60,479 bases of DNA. It comes from a virus (taxonomy: Duplodnaviria; Caudoviricetes). Where the stretch lies: the IMG/VR virus record IMGVR_UViG_3300036781_000392, positions 1-60,479 of that record; one strand, written 5' to 3'. The notes beneath the pieces were generated by a model. That model was not told the DNA's origin. It saw only the letters and a program-made list of their open reading frames with translations, and searched no databases. Shown here piece after piece: positions 35,150 through 45,493 of this stretch; the first letter of the stretch is position 1; each line of letters opens with the position of its first letter. The position numbers and the translations under genes were made by a program.

Positions 35150-35889
35150 CAGTGCCCCGCGAACTTCGGCTTGAGGCAGTCGCCTCCGTCGGAGAGGAGC
35201 TGCTGCATGTCGGCGTTGGTGACGTAGCAGGAGCCCTGGTCGCCCCAGGACGCAGCCCACGAATTGTCGATCTTGAACTGCGTCCGGTCCCATCCAGAGA
35301 CGCACAGCTCGTGGCCACCCCCGACACCCGACTCCGGGTCCACGTCGAGGGACCCGTCGCGCTTCGGCGTGAACATGCTCTGGTACCAGGGGATGCCGAT
35401 CAGGACAGCACCCGTCTGGAGCGCGGTCTGCATGGCCTGCAGGCTGAAGGCGTGCAGGTAGTCGCTGAACAGACCGACGGCCTTCCCCGACTTGCCTGCG
35501 GCGAGCGAGGAGGAGCCGGTGTCGTCGGGCGGGTACTGGCCGTCCGCGTCGTCCTCGCGGGTGTTCAGCGAGTAGAACCTGAGCGCGGTCTTCTCGTCGA
35601 GCGTGTACGTGCCCGCCTTGAAGATCTTCTTGCCGTCGGCCTTCAGCTGGACAACCGGGGACGCGGTGCGGCCTGCGGAGTCGGTGCCGATCACGCCGGT
35701 GAGTGCGTTGCCGGTGCACGAGCCGACCTGGCCCTGGTCGAGTATCGGGATGCGACGCTGCCACTGCACAGACTTCAGCGCGGTTTGCGGAAGGACGTGG
35801 TGGGCGTAGTCGAGCGACCGAGAGTCGTGGACGATGTGCCGGCCGAGCCGCGGGTCCGTCGGCTGGTAGCGGTGGCGGTAGACAGTCAC
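35149..35889 (-). CDS. Papain-like (C1) cysteine peptidase
   Basis: DQGQVGSCTG (Cys), GGHE (His), NSW..SWG (Asn). Confidence 0.85.
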   Translation of the reverse strand: MTVYRHRYQPTDPRLGRHIVHDSRSLDYAHHVLPQTALKSVQWQRRIPILDQGQVGSCTGNALTGVIGTDSAGRTASPVVQLKADGKKIFKAGTYTLDEKTALRFYSLNTREDDADGQYPPDDTGSSSLAAGKSGKAVGLFSDYLHAFSLQAMQTALQTGAVLIGIPWYQSMFTPKRDGSLDVDPESGVGGGHELCVSGWDRTQFKIDNSWAASWGDQGSCYVTNADMQQLLSDGGDCLKPKFAGH

Positions 35890-35975
35890 AGATGCCTCCA
35901 GGGCATGAAAAAGCCGCCTCGACGGGCGGCGGTAGAACGAAGGGCGTGATGGCGGCGGCTGGCCGTCTGGCCGAC

Positions 35976-36587
35976 TCAGTTGGTGAGGCTGTACATGATG
36001 TTGTTGAGGCTGACCCACGGCGGTTGCACTCCGCCTTGGGTGACGATCTGGACGGTGCCGTCCGAGTTGAAGTCGATCTTTACGCTGAGGCTGTCGGAGG
36101 CGACAGCGGAGCAGGCGGCGGTTACGGTGCGCTTCGTCGCCGGCCGGGACGGGCTGGGGATCGCGGCGCTGAGGAAGTTCCCGCCGTGCGTAGGGCTGCC
36201 GCCGGAGTAGGGGACGTTGATGCCGCCGCGCCACATGACGGTCATGTCGCCGAACAGGTTGACGAGCCGGTAGGCGGCGTTGCCGTTGCTGTTGCCGCTG
36301 TTGCTGTACCCGGAGGCGAGGGCGGGTGTCGTCCAGACCTGCGAGCCTGCCGCCATCGTCGACCAGGAGGTGCCGTCGAAGACGGTCTTGATGCCCTGGT
36401 CGAGCAGCCAAGCCTCCATGCCCTCGATGGGCGCGGTGATGGTGGCGTCGCGTGTGGAGGCGTTTTGGAAGACCATGTTCGAGCGTTGGGTGAGCGGTTG
36501 GGCGATGCCGGCGCCCATGACGACGAGGTCCGGTTTGTCGGTGTAGTCGAGCCAGGTGATGCCCTGGCCGTAGGGGTCGGTGGGCAC
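35976..36587 (-). CDS. Minor tail protein
   Basis: Position, beta-rich C-terminus. Confidence 0.7.
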   Translation of the reverse strand: MPTDPYGQGITWLDYTDKPDLVVMGAGIAQPLTQRSNMVFQNASTRDATITAPIEGMEAWLLDQGIKTVFDGTSWSTMAAGSQVWTTPALASGYSNSGNSNGNAAYRLVNLFGDMTVMWRGGINVPYSGGSPTHGGNFLSAAIPSPSRPATKRTVTAACSAVASDSLSVKIDFNSDGTVQIVTQGGVQPPWVSLNNIMYSLTN

Positions 36588-36597
36588 GAAGTCTCCT

Positions 36598-37299
36598 TCA
36601 GGCGACGCGGTGCAGGTCGAGCCACGAGTGCGCGCGGACGGTGGTGGTGCCGGTGCCCATGTTGCGGGCGAACTGGAAGGTGAGGGTTCCGGCGGTGGCG
36701 CCGACGACGAGGAGCCCTTCCACGCGGATGATCAGCGGGGGTGTGGTGAGCGTTCCGAGGACCAGCGTGTCCGTCCATACGCGCTCGAGGGTGCGGAGCG
36801 TGCCGGTGTCGGAGGTCGTCGAGGAGGGCTGCCCGAACGCCGACCACCAGCCGGCCGCGCCGCTCGGTGCGCTGAAGCCGATGTTGATGTCGCCCGGGTC
36901 GACGGTGCAGATGGCGCTGATGTGGCATTCGACCCTGTAGGTGGCCCCGGCGGTGACCGGCAGGGTGAGGTGCGGGTCGGAGGTCACGGTCGCGCTGGCG
37001 TGGCCGGTGTCGGTCGGCTTCTGCACGAACGTGGCGCTGGTGGCCGGGCGGCCCTCGGCCCTCCAGTTCCCTGCGCCGGAGCGGGAGACGTGGATGAGGT
37101 CGCCAACGGCGGGCGACGGATAGGACTCCATGCGGCGTGCGGGGATCCCGTCGGTGGTGACGATGGTCCCGTCATCGTTGACTGTGGCGACGGTGGCGCC
37201 TTGCCAGTCGGCGCCGCGGGCAACAGGGTCGGCCTGGGCGGTGCTGCGTGCCGTGGTCTTCACGCGGGCTGCTGCCTGAAGGGCGGCTTTCCTCGTCAC
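36598..37299 (-). CDS. Minor tail protein
   Basis: Position, OB-fold-like N-terminus 'Y..PAVGD'. Confidence 0.7.
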   Translation of the reverse strand: MTRKAALQAAARVKTTARSTAQADPVARGADWQGATVATVNDDGTIVTTDGIPARRMESYPSPAVGDLIHVSRSGAGNWRAEGRPATSATFVQKPTDTGHASATVTSDPHLTLPVTAGATYRVECHISAICTVDPGDINIGFSAPSGAAGWWSAFGQPSSTTSDTGTLRTLERVWTDTLVLGTLTTPPLIIRVEGLLVVGATAGTLTFQFARNMGTGTTTVRAHSWLDLHRVA

Positions 37300-38396
37300 G
37301 TGTCCTCCTTGGCGGCGATGGTGGCGAGGTTGAAGCCGCCGGATGTGTCGAGGCTGATCGTGAAGGATTGGACCTGGTGGAGCTCGCGGGAACCGTCGCC
37401 GTAGACGACGCGGATCACGTCGCCGGGTTCGAGGAGCGGGTTGGGCAGGCTGGTGATGTCCGCCGAGGCGTTCGGGCGCAGGGACGTTGACAGGAGTTGC
37501 GCGGCGGCTGATGTGCATAGTCCGACGGAGGTCAGGGTCGCCGAGTTGTAGAACGTTGGTACCCGACCGAAGGGCCCGTTCACGTAGGTGGGCGAGGTCG
37601 GGTCGTCGTCTTCGACGGTGGCCTGCACGGGCGGTGCGTCGTCGACGCTGTTCTCGCCGTAGGCCGTTACAGAGTTGAAGACCTGGTCTCGGCTCATGCC
37701 GCGGTTGGCGCTGATGTAGGCGCCGCCCTCGCCCGCGGCGACCTCCCAGACGGTGTTGGCGCCGGTCAGGTCGGGTAGCGCGGCGATGATGAATTGGCCG
37801 GCGGCGTCTGCGTACAGTTCTGCCCCGAGTGCTGTCGCGAGACTCTGTGCCGCGGTCCATCGGTTGTCTTGCTGGTTCCACGTCATGGTGCCGACGCTCT
37901 GGTCCGACACCTGGTTGATGACGATCGCGGCGGGCATCGTTTCGTGGATGAGCTGGGTGATGCCGCCGACGGCGGTGGTCGCCGAGCTGAGGACGGTGGT
38001 GGGTGCGGTGAATGCGTCGTCGGAGATGAATGCCTCGAGGCCCGTGCCGGAGATGGTGACGGGTCCGACGTCGGGGTCGCCGGTGACGGAGTCGACGCGG
38101 AAGCGTCCGATGGGTGCGAGTACGGGCTGGCCGCCCATGTACAGGCCGCGGGAGACGAGTAGCTGTGAGCCGTACACGCTGAGCTTGTCGGCTGGGGTGC
38201 GCGGGATGAGCGACAGGTCGGCGAGCGTCACAGTGCAGGTGCGGCGGGCAGACTGCCCGCGGTCTGCTGTGACGGAACCGCCGGTGTGGTCGAGGGTTTG
38301 CACTGTCCCGTCGGTGAGGAACAGGTCGACTCTCGTCGCTACCCGGTGGCTGTAGTTGAGTGCGGAGAGGAAGCCTGGCTGCGGCTCGGGGTACAT
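37296..38396 (-). CDS. Minor tail/baseplate hub protein (DUF5047-like)
   Basis: 'GGSVTADR', 'PNPLLEPGDVI'. Confidence 0.8.
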   Translation of the reverse strand: MYPEPQPGFLSALNYSHRVATRVDLFLTDGTVQTLDHTGGSVTADRGQSARRTCTVTLADLSLIPRTPADKLSVYGSQLLVSRGLYMGGQPVLAPIGRFRVDSVTGDPDVGPVTISGTGLEAFISDDAFTAPTTVLSSATTAVGGITQLIHETMPAAIVINQVSDQSVGTMTWNQQDNRWTAAQSLATALGAELYADAAGQFIIAALPDLTGANTVWEVAAGEGGAYISANRGMSRDQVFNSVTAYGENSVDDAPPVQATVEDDDPTSPTYVNGPFGRVPTFYNSATLTSVGLCTSAAAQLLSTSLRPNASADITSLPNPLLEPGDVIRVVYGDGSRELHQVQSFTISLDTSGGFNLATIAAKEDT

Positions 38397-40618
38397 CAGG
38401 TCCCCCGGTTGTCGAGTGCCACGTCGAGGACTGTGTTGTAGCCGTTGGCGACGTCGAGGCTGGTGTCCCAGGTGGACAGGAGGTCTTGGACGGTCCACCC
38501 GGCGGTGCCGCCGACGCCGCCGATGGGCGCGTCGACTTGTATGAGCGGCAGGGACCACTGGCGGCGGGGCTCGCTGCCGACTGGGGAGAAGCGGGGCTCG
38601 CTGGCCTCTCCGATGGAGTAGTAGGCGTCGTCGAGTCCGAGGCCTGGCATGAACTGCAGCAGGAGCGGGTCGCCGGAGTCGAGCGCGAAGTGCAGGGCTG
38701 TGCGTTCGGCGTCGGTCGTCGTCCAGACCAGTACGGTGCCGGTGAGGCCGCCGCGGACGTCGGAGAGGATCACGGAGTTGCGGCGGCCGCGGACGCGGTA
38801 CTCGGTCAGCTCGATGGGCCGTGTCCAGTCCGGCGCGACCGAGGCGCGCAGCAGGATGTTCCGTTCGGGTTGGAGCGGGTCTTTGATCCAGCAGTCCGAC
38901 GGGTCGGGCAGGGAGAGTCGGCCGGTGGGACTGTCTCGAAAGCCGTCAGACGATCCGTCGGCCCCGTAGAACTCGACGCGGTAGCTCACGACAGCGCCGA
39001 TAGGGGCTTCATAGTCTTCGACGATCATCTGATCGGTATCGATGACCTGCCCGTCGACCCACCCGGCCGGCCCGCGGACCAGGGTCTGTGTGCCGTTGAC
39101 AACGCGATACAGGCGGATCATGTCGCCGACTGGGAGGTCACGCAGAATGAGGGTGATCCGGCCGAGGGAGCTGTCGAAGTTGAGGGAGAAGCCCGAGGAG
39201 TGGGGGGCGAGTTCGGCTGCATCGACCTGGAGGACGGAGCTACTGGTGCCTGCGTTGGCCGTCACCTCGACGCGGGCTGTGGCGGCCCCTGTGGGTGCGG
39301 GCGCGTCGACGAGAAAGAACCACCAGTGGCCGTCGTTGGGGATTGGCGCCGGCGACAGGGTGGACGTGCCGAGCGACGTGCCACCGGTGTCGTACCAGTG
39401 GATCCCAACTCCGGCTGACCATGCGCCGCTGGTGACCTTGAAGTGGGTCTCAGCGCGCCAAGGTCCGGCGGAGATGGGGTATTGCGCGCTCGCCAGCACA
39501 TTGTTCGACGCCGAGGTGCTGGACACCGTAAGCGAGTAGGAGTCGTCGAATGCCTGCGCCCCCCACGGGGTCGAGCGGGTCAGCGTGGCAGAACCTGAGG
39601 TGCGTGTCCATGATCCGACGCCCTGTTCGAAGCTGGCGTCGGCGTAGGGGATGACGTTTCCCTCGGCCAGCACATTCGTCGCGTCTATGACGACGACGGT
39701 TTCGACGTGTATGACCTGACCGGACGTGGCGCTGGCCATGCCGACGGCGACCGCGCATGTTGCCGCACTCGCCGGTGCGGGCGCGGATACGCGCTGGCGC
39801 ATGTATCCCGTCGTCACGGGGGCGAGGGTGGCGCGGGTGGCGCTGAGCTGGGTGCCGGAGGCGTTGTAGAACCGCAGCTCGATCCATGTCTGAGCCGATA
39901 GGGTCGGCGGATTGAGGTAGCAGTCGGCTCGGTAGTCGACTCCCGGCGTGACGGACGGTCGGTCCACGCAGAGCGCCGACATGTTCCCGGAGCCCGATGC
40001 GGTCAGCGCCAGGACTTGCCCGCCGGCGGTGTAGAAGTCGATGGGCCACGAGAGGATCGGCACTGTCCGCGAAAGGGCGCAGTTCGCCTCAACGCCCCAT
40101 CCGGACGTGTCGATCTCGAAGGACTCTGTATCGAAGCCGAGCAGGTTGCCGGCAGTTCTGAGGGGCGTACCCAGGTACACGTTCTCGAATGAGTGCGTCC
40201 TCGCCGCGGCGGTCGGCGTGGCAGAGAGCACTACGCGCGCTGTCGCCGTGCCGGTCGGTGCGGGACCCGCGACGCTGACGCGGTGCCACGTCACGCTCGC
40301 CGCTGACGTTGTCAGCGACCACGTCGTCGACAGGACGGTGCCGCTGCTGTTCAGCCACTGAATCCCGATGCGTTCGGCCTGGGTCGTCGATGAGGCGTCC
40401 GCGAACGTCTCGTAGGTCTGGCCGACGATTACGGGGTAGCCGGTGGCGGTCCTCGCCTGCATCTCGCCGGAGGCCGCTGACGTGAGCAGCAGCGTGCCCG
40501 CTCCGGCGCGCCCGCCCGTGCCCAGCGTCTTCGTGCAGTTGAGGATCGTGGTCCATCCGGATGTGTCCGGGTCAACCGTCTCGGTGGTCGGCGACAGGAA
40601 GTTGCCCGGGATGGCCAT
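38396..40618 (-). CDS. Distal tail protein with carbohydrate-binding-like repeats
   Basis: Follows the tape measure; three 'APxxAxxAxV' beta-sandwich repeats; 'DYEAP'. Confidence 0.8.
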   Translation of the reverse strand: MAIPGNFLSPTTETVDPDTSGWTTILNCTKTLGTGGRAGAGTLLLTSAASGEMQARTATGYPVIVGQTYETFADASSTTQAERIGIQWLNSSGTVLSTTWSLTTSAASVTWHRVSVAGPAPTGTATARVVLSATPTAAARTHSFENVYLGTPLRTAGNLLGFDTESFEIDTSGWGVEANCALSRTVPILSWPIDFYTAGGQVLALTASGSGNMSALCVDRPSVTPGVDYRADCYLNPPTLSAQTWIELRFYNASGTQLSATRATLAPVTTGYMRQRVSAPAPASAATCAVAVGMASATSGQVIHVETVVVIDATNVLAEGNVIPYADASFEQGVGSWTRTSGSATLTRSTPWGAQAFDDSYSLTVSSTSASNNVLASAQYPISAGPWRAETHFKVTSGAWSAGVGIHWYDTGGTSLGTSTLSPAPIPNDGHWWFFLVDAPAPTGAATARVEVTANAGTSSSVLQVDAAELAPHSSGFSLNFDSSLGRITLILRDLPVGDMIRLYRVVNGTQTLVRGPAGWVDGQVIDTDQMIVEDYEAPIGAVVSYRVEFYGADGSSDGFRDSPTGRLSLPDPSDCWIKDPLQPERNILLRASVAPDWTRPIELTEYRVRGRRNSVILSDVRGGLTGTVLVWTTTDAERTALHFALDSGDPLLLQFMPGLGLDDAYYSIGEASEPRFSPVGSEPRRQWSLPLIQVDAPIGGVGGTAGWTVQDLLSTWDTSLDVANGYNTVLDVALDNRGT

Positions 40619-43600
40619 CTACTCGTTCCTCCCTGCCGTGAGAGCTGTGCTGAGGTCGTCGAGGCCGCAGTCGACGCGCACGTCGATCAGGTCCTTGAGT
40701 GTCGGGTCATCGAAGTGGACGTGCACGGTGACCGGCTGCGTACTGCTGCTGCCGCCGCCGTTGCTGAGGACGTCGACGAGCCGCTCGAACGCGGCGGTCT
40801 GCCGCGGCGAGAGGACCCGCTCGGGTGCCGACGTGTTCTTCGGCATGAAGCCCTTGCCGCGCGCCAGGCCGCCCTCGTCGTACCAGTGCGGTGAGCGGGC
40901 GAGCCACTGCGCGTAGGCCGCGGCGGGTGAGCCGTACCGGTTGCGGATGTAGCCGAGGCCCCACTCGATCTGGGTTGCCGGGTTGGTCCGCCAGTCGGCG
41001 CCCGCGGACGCCATCTTCGAGCCGGGCAGCGACTGGGGGATGCCCGTCGCCCCGGAGGCGGCGTTGTAGGCGTTCTGGTTCCAGCCTGACTCGCCGTTCC
41101 ACAGCGCCTTGAGGGCAGGCCACTGGTCATCGCTCCAGCCGATGGCCTCCATCATGGTCTTGCCGATCTTCTGGTTGGACCCTGAGGTGCCGCTGCCTCC
41201 GCCTATCCCGAGGAAGCCGAGCAGGTCACCGCCGAGGCCACCAAGCGCCTTGAGCGCCTTGCCCGGTAGGGCCTCGATGTGGACGAGGCCCTTCTTGACG
41301 AGGGATCCGAGGGCCTTCGGCAGGGACCCGAAGACACGCTTGGCGATCTGCGTGCCGCCGGTCTGCGCCATGCCCTTGAGGAGGCCGCCCGTCAGGTGGC
41401 CGCCGAGCGAGGCGAAGACGGTCGACGGCGAATGGATGCCGAAGTACTTCTTCACCGCGTTGACGACGGGGTCGACGATGTGCGACTTCACCCAGGTCCC
41501 GATGCCTTTGATGGCGCCGCTGATGCCGGACTTGAGGCCGGAGATCAGCTGCGAACCGCGGCTGGTCAGCCACGTCTTCGCGGCGGAGAACCGGGAGGTG
41601 AGGGGCTGAGCGACGTGGCTGAACGCCCACGAGCCGATGGCCTTCGCCCCGGCCAGCACCCCGTTCTTCAGACCCGACACGAGCTGCGAGCCGCGCGAGA
41701 GGAGCCACGACTTCGCTGCCGAGAAGCGCGACGTGAGCGGCTGGGCAACGTGCGTAAATGCCCATGTCGCGATCGACTTGGCTCCGGCCAGCACGCCGTT
41801 CTTCAGGCCGGTGACGACGCTGCGGCCCTTCGAGACCAGCCACGATCCTGCGCCGGCCATGCGGGTCAGGATCGGCGACACGAGGTGGCTGTACACCCAT
41901 GAGCCGATCTTCAAGGCGGCGTTGAGGATTCCCGACTTGAGACCGGAGACAATGTTCCCCCCGATGCCGGAGAAAACCTTCGACGGTGAGTGGATGCCAA
42001 GCGCGTCCTTCACGCCGTTGACCACCGGGTCGACGATGTTGGTCTTCACCCAGTCGTATGCCGTGCTGATCTTCGCGACGATGCCGTTGTACAGGCCTTC
42101 GATCAGGTTGATCCCGGTCTTGTAGAACGTGAACCGGCCCCACACTTTCAGCAGGCCGCGGGTGAATTTGCTGCCCAGGCCCGGAACATGATCGGTGATC
42201 CACTTGCCGACGTCCCCGAGTAGGTCGCTGAACTTCTTCTTCAGCAACCGGCCGAGGTCCTCGATGCGGACAGGTAGCAGGGTCAGTTGGTCGGAGATCC
42301 AGCCTGCGATCTTCGGGAACTGCCGAGTCAGGGCGTCCTTGATGCTCTTGAACCAGTCGCCCACGTGCTTCGCGGCGTCGGAGAAGAGCTTCCCGATCCC
42401 CTTGGCCAGGTCACCCGCTTTGCCCCACGGGATCTTGCTGAGGAGCTTTCCCAAAAGCTCGCCGACTTTGCCCCATGGGACCTTGCTCAGGAGCTTCCCG
42501 ACTACGTCTCCCACCTTGCCGATGGGGATGACGGAGATGACAGCGATGATCGTGTCGAGCCAGTGCTTCTTCCAGAAGTCCACACTGAACAGCGGGTCGA
42601 AGAGCGACGTGATGATGCCGATCGCCAAGGGGATCGCGGTCTTGCCGAGCACCTTGCCGACGTTGGTCCAGTCGATCTTCTCGAAGATGCTCGCGATCTT
42701 CTTCGACAGGTCGGAGGCGTGCGAGACCACCCAGTCGATCGCACTCCCGAGGCCCTTGCCGAGGATGGAGCCGACCTTGCCCCAGTCGATCGACGAGATC
42801 GCAGAGTTCAGGGTCTTCGCGAGCTGCTGGCCCTGCTTCTGCGCTGCTGAGACAACCGGCTTCGGGGCGGTCTTCGGTGTGACCAGGGGTGCCGACAGTC
42901 CCGAGCCGCCATGCGGCAGCGTAGGAAGCGGCGTGGCCTTGACGAGGGGCGCAACGGAGCCGACACCGGCGTGAGGCTTGCTCAGGCTCTTCTGCTGCTT
43001 GTTCTGGAGCGCGGGGCCGACAGGGAGGTTCGAGGGGGCTGTCTTGCCGGTTCCTGCGTGCGGCGAGTCCGTGGGTTGCGGCTTGTACGGCGCTGGCGGC
43101 TTCGGGGCCTTCGCTTTGCTGGTCAATCCGAGCGCGCCGGTGATGGACTTCTTCGCCGACGAGAGGGCGTCTTTGGCCCCGACCTGCTTGAGGAAACCCT
43201 TGATGACGCCCGTCGCCGTCGTGACGTCCTTCTTGATCTGGTCGACGGGGACCAGCTTGCGGATCGCGGCGCCGACCTTCTCCGCAGCTGGCAGGGCTGT
43301 CTGGGACAGGTACTTCACAAACTTCGTGATCGGCGGCAGCAGCTTGATGCCGAGCTGGATCGTCAGCGTATCGAGACTGCTCGACAGGATCTTCCACTGC
43401 GCCTCGGCGGTTTGGCGCTGCGTCTTGACGGCCGCCCCGTACTTGCCCGTGGACTTGTTGACCTGCTCCTGCTTCTGCTTCAGGACGTCCAAGTTGTTGA
43501 CCATGGACAGGATCGCGGACGACGACTTGCCGCCGCCGAACGCGTGGCTCAGGATCTGCGACTGCTGCGAGGCACTGAGGCCGGACGCGTCCAGGTGGTT

Positions 43601-44410
43601 CTTCAGGAGCTGGATCGCCCCGATGATGCCGTCCTTGCCGCGCATCGCGTTCGCGAGCTCCAGACCGGTCAAGCCGATCTTCTTGAGCTGCTTCTCCGCT
43701 GCGCCTGAGGGTGCACCCAGCAGCGAGATGGACATACGCAGACGGGTCGCCGCGCTGTTCGCGGGAACGCCCTCATCGGTGAAGAGGGCGAGAGCGGCCC
43801 CGACTTGTCCCATGGTCAAACCGAAGGTCTTGGCCGTCGGCAGGATCCCGGAGCTCAAGGCGTCCGTGAAGTCCGTCATCGTCATGTTGCCCGCGCCGAT
43901 GATGGCGTTGACGGTGGCCGCGGCCTGCCCGAAGTTCGTGGCGCCCTTGATTCCCGTCCGCCACGCGCCAGCCAGCGCGTTGGTGGTGTCTTCGAGGTCC
44001 GCGCCACCCACCGCGGCCAGGTCGCTCGCCGTCTTCAGCGCCTTCATGGCGCTGACGTTGTCCATGCCGACGCTCTTGAGGTGGTACAGCGCCTCGGACA
44101 GCGCCTGCGGGCCCTGCTGGGTCGACGGAGCCAGCTTCAGTACCTGCTTGGTTAGAGTGGCGACGTCCTTCGCGCTGGCACCGGCCTGCGTCTGGATCTT
44201 CGTCATCGACGACTGGAACTCGGTCGCCTTCTCCGCCGCCTCGGCGGCCCCGGCGCCGAGTGCGACCAGGGCAATGCCTGCCGCCGCCGCACCCTTCGCG
44301 AGGATGCCGAAGCCCTTGTTCATCTTGTCCGCGCTACGGCCGACCTTGTCGAAAGTCTTCGACGCGCTATCGCGTGCGATCAGGTCGTAGAGGACCGCCG
44401 TACTCACCAC
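40619..44410 (-). CDS. Tape measure protein with C-terminal lytic transglycosylase-like domain
   Basis: 1263 aa, TP901-like core, Trp-spaced repeats, 'ESGW..AYN..SGATGIPQ'. Confidence 0.95.
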   Translation of the reverse strand: MVSTAVLYDLIARDSASKTFDKVGRSADKMNKGFGILAKGAAAAGIALVALGAGAAEAAEKATEFQSSMTKIQTQAGASAKDVATLTKQVLKLAPSTQQGPQALSEALYHLKSVGMDNVSAMKALKTASDLAAVGGADLEDTTNALAGAWRTGIKGATNFGQAAATVNAIIGAGNMTMTDFTDALSSGILPTAKTFGLTMGQVGAALALFTDEGVPANSAATRLRMSISLLGAPSGAAEKQLKKIGLTGLELANAMRGKDGIIGAIQLLKNHLDASGLSASQQSQILSHAFGGGKSSSAILSMVNNLDVLKQKQEQVNKSTGKYGAAVKTQRQTAEAQWKILSSSLDTLTIQLGIKLLPPITKFVKYLSQTALPAAEKVGAAIRKLVPVDQIKKDVTTATGVIKGFLKQVGAKDALSSAKKSITGALGLTSKAKAPKPPAPYKPQPTDSPHAGTGKTAPSNLPVGPALQNKQQKSLSKPHAGVGSVAPLVKATPLPTLPHGGSGLSAPLVTPKTAPKPVVSAAQKQGQQLAKTLNSAISSIDWGKVGSILGKGLGSAIDWVVSHASDLSKKIASIFEKIDWTNVGKVLGKTAIPLAIGIITSLFDPLFSVDFWKKHWLDTIIAVISVIPIGKVGDVVGKLLSKVPWGKVGELLGKLLSKIPWGKAGDLAKGIGKLFSDAAKHVGDWFKSIKDALTRQFPKIAGWISDQLTLLPVRIEDLGRLLKKKFSDLLGDVGKWITDHVPGLGSKFTRGLLKVWGRFTFYKTGINLIEGLYNGIVAKISTAYDWVKTNIVDPVVNGVKDALGIHSPSKVFSGIGGNIVSGLKSGILNAALKIGSWVYSHLVSPILTRMAGAGSWLVSKGRSVVTGLKNGVLAGAKSIATWAFTHVAQPLTSRFSAAKSWLLSRGSQLVSGLKNGVLAGAKAIGSWAFSHVAQPLTSRFSAAKTWLTSRGSQLISGLKSGISGAIKGIGTWVKSHIVDPVVNAVKKYFGIHSPSTVFASLGGHLTGGLLKGMAQTGGTQIAKRVFGSLPKALGSLVKKGLVHIEALPGKALKALGGLGGDLLGFLGIGGGSGTSGSNQKIGKTMMEAIGWSDDQWPALKALWNGESGWNQNAYNAASGATGIPQSLPGSKMASAGADWRTNPATQIEWGLGYIRNRYGSPAAAYAQWLARSPHWYDEGGLARGKGFMPKNTSAPERVLSPRQTAAFERLVDVLSNGGGSSSTQPVTVHVHFDDPTLKDLIDVRVDCGLDDLSTALTAGRNE

Positions 44411-44434
44411 GAGAGGACCCCCTCCCGTGTCTGC

Positions 44435-44991
44435 TCAGAGGTTGGTCATCGGGCGGTTCGGATGATCGGCCTGCTCGATCGCCTCAGCCTCAGCGCGTTC
44501 CTGCTCTTCATGTTCGAGCTGATAGAAGAGCTGCCACTCGAGCAATTCGCGCGCCGAGATGCTGCTCAGTAGCTCTGCACGGGTCCGTCCGAGGGCGCGG
44601 GCGAGGATGAACTGGAACTGCCGGTCGTCCCGGCTTCGAAGTTTCCCTCCATCTCCGCCTGCTCTTCCTCCGTGAGGCCCGAGAGCCGGGCGGCCACGTC
44701 CCACAGCCGGTCGAGCACCTTGGAGTTCTTCCGCCCCAGGGCCTCGACGTCCTTGTCGGTGAAGAGTCGGACGCCGTGCTCGTCGACCAGCGCCAGGGCG
44801 ACCAGCTTGGCGTGCGCGTTGGGCTGCATCACCACCTGGTTGCCGACCTGCTTCCGCAGGGAGTTGTTGTAGCTATCCAGCTCGCGGCCGGTGAGGGACC
44901 GGACGCTGACCTTGCCACCCCACTCGGGTACGTCGACCGTCTCGGTCTGGGAGTCGACGGCGCCGAGGATGGCATCGCGGGACAGGGACAT
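44435..44991 (-). CDS. Tail assembly chaperone, -1 frameshifted long form
   Basis: Slippery GGGAAAC at 44641-44647; -1 frame reads 'LARALGRT..EL...S..EL.EW'. Confidence 0.8.
44566..44991 (-). CDS. Tail assembly chaperone, short form
   Basis: 'VPEWGG.V.VRSL', position. Confidence 0.85.
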   Translation of the reverse strand: MSLSRDAILGAVDSQTETVDVPEWGGKVSVRSLTGRELDSYNNSLRKQVGNQVVMQPNAHAKLVALALVDEHGVRLFTDKDVEALGRKNSKVLDRLWDVAARLSGLTEEEQAEMEGNFEAGTTGSSSSSSPAPSDGPVQSY

Positions 44992-44998
44992 GGTTCTC

Positions 44999-45493
44999 CT
45001 AGGTGATCTTCTTGCTGACGTCGGCGACGACCCGGTTGACCGCCTTGCGCGCGAGCGGGCCGGCCTTGGGCCTCAGGGCTTTGTAGAAGTACGGGCTCGG
45101 GCCCTGGGACACCCACGCATTCGTGTTCCCGTACACCGGGTGCCGCCAGGGCTTCTTCGTGCCCTCCATGAACGCGGGCAGCGAGCCTTGCTTGGTGGCC
45201 ATCTTCCGGCCGTCGACACGAATGCGGACACCGGCCTCTTTGCCGGACACCCGCACCTCCGCCTTTACGGCCTTCGACAGGCGACCGCGCAGGCCGGCCG
45301 CGGAATACGCCCGGGACGACGGGATCGCGCGGATCGCCTTGCGGGTGATCGGCACGAGCGGTTTCGCTGCGGCCCGTAGTTCCTTGCTGAACTGCTTCTT
45401 GAGCGTCTTGTCGTCCACGGCCCGCAGCTCTTTGGAGATGCGCCGCAGGTCGTCCCCGCCGCGCATCGTGACGTTGGAGCGCCGGCTCGGCAT
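44999..45493 (-). CDS. HK97 gp10-like tail component
   Basis: Basic protein with 'WRHPVYG', 'PYFY'. Confidence 0.65.
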   Translation of the reverse strand: MPSRRSNVTMRGGDDLRRISKELRAVDDKTLKKQFSKELRAAAKPLVPITRKAIRAIPSSRAYSAAGLRGRLSKAVKAEVRVSGKEAGVRIRVDGRKMATKQGSLPAFMEGTKKPWRHPVYGNTNAWVSQGPSPYFYKALRPKAGPLARKAVNRVVADVSKKIT

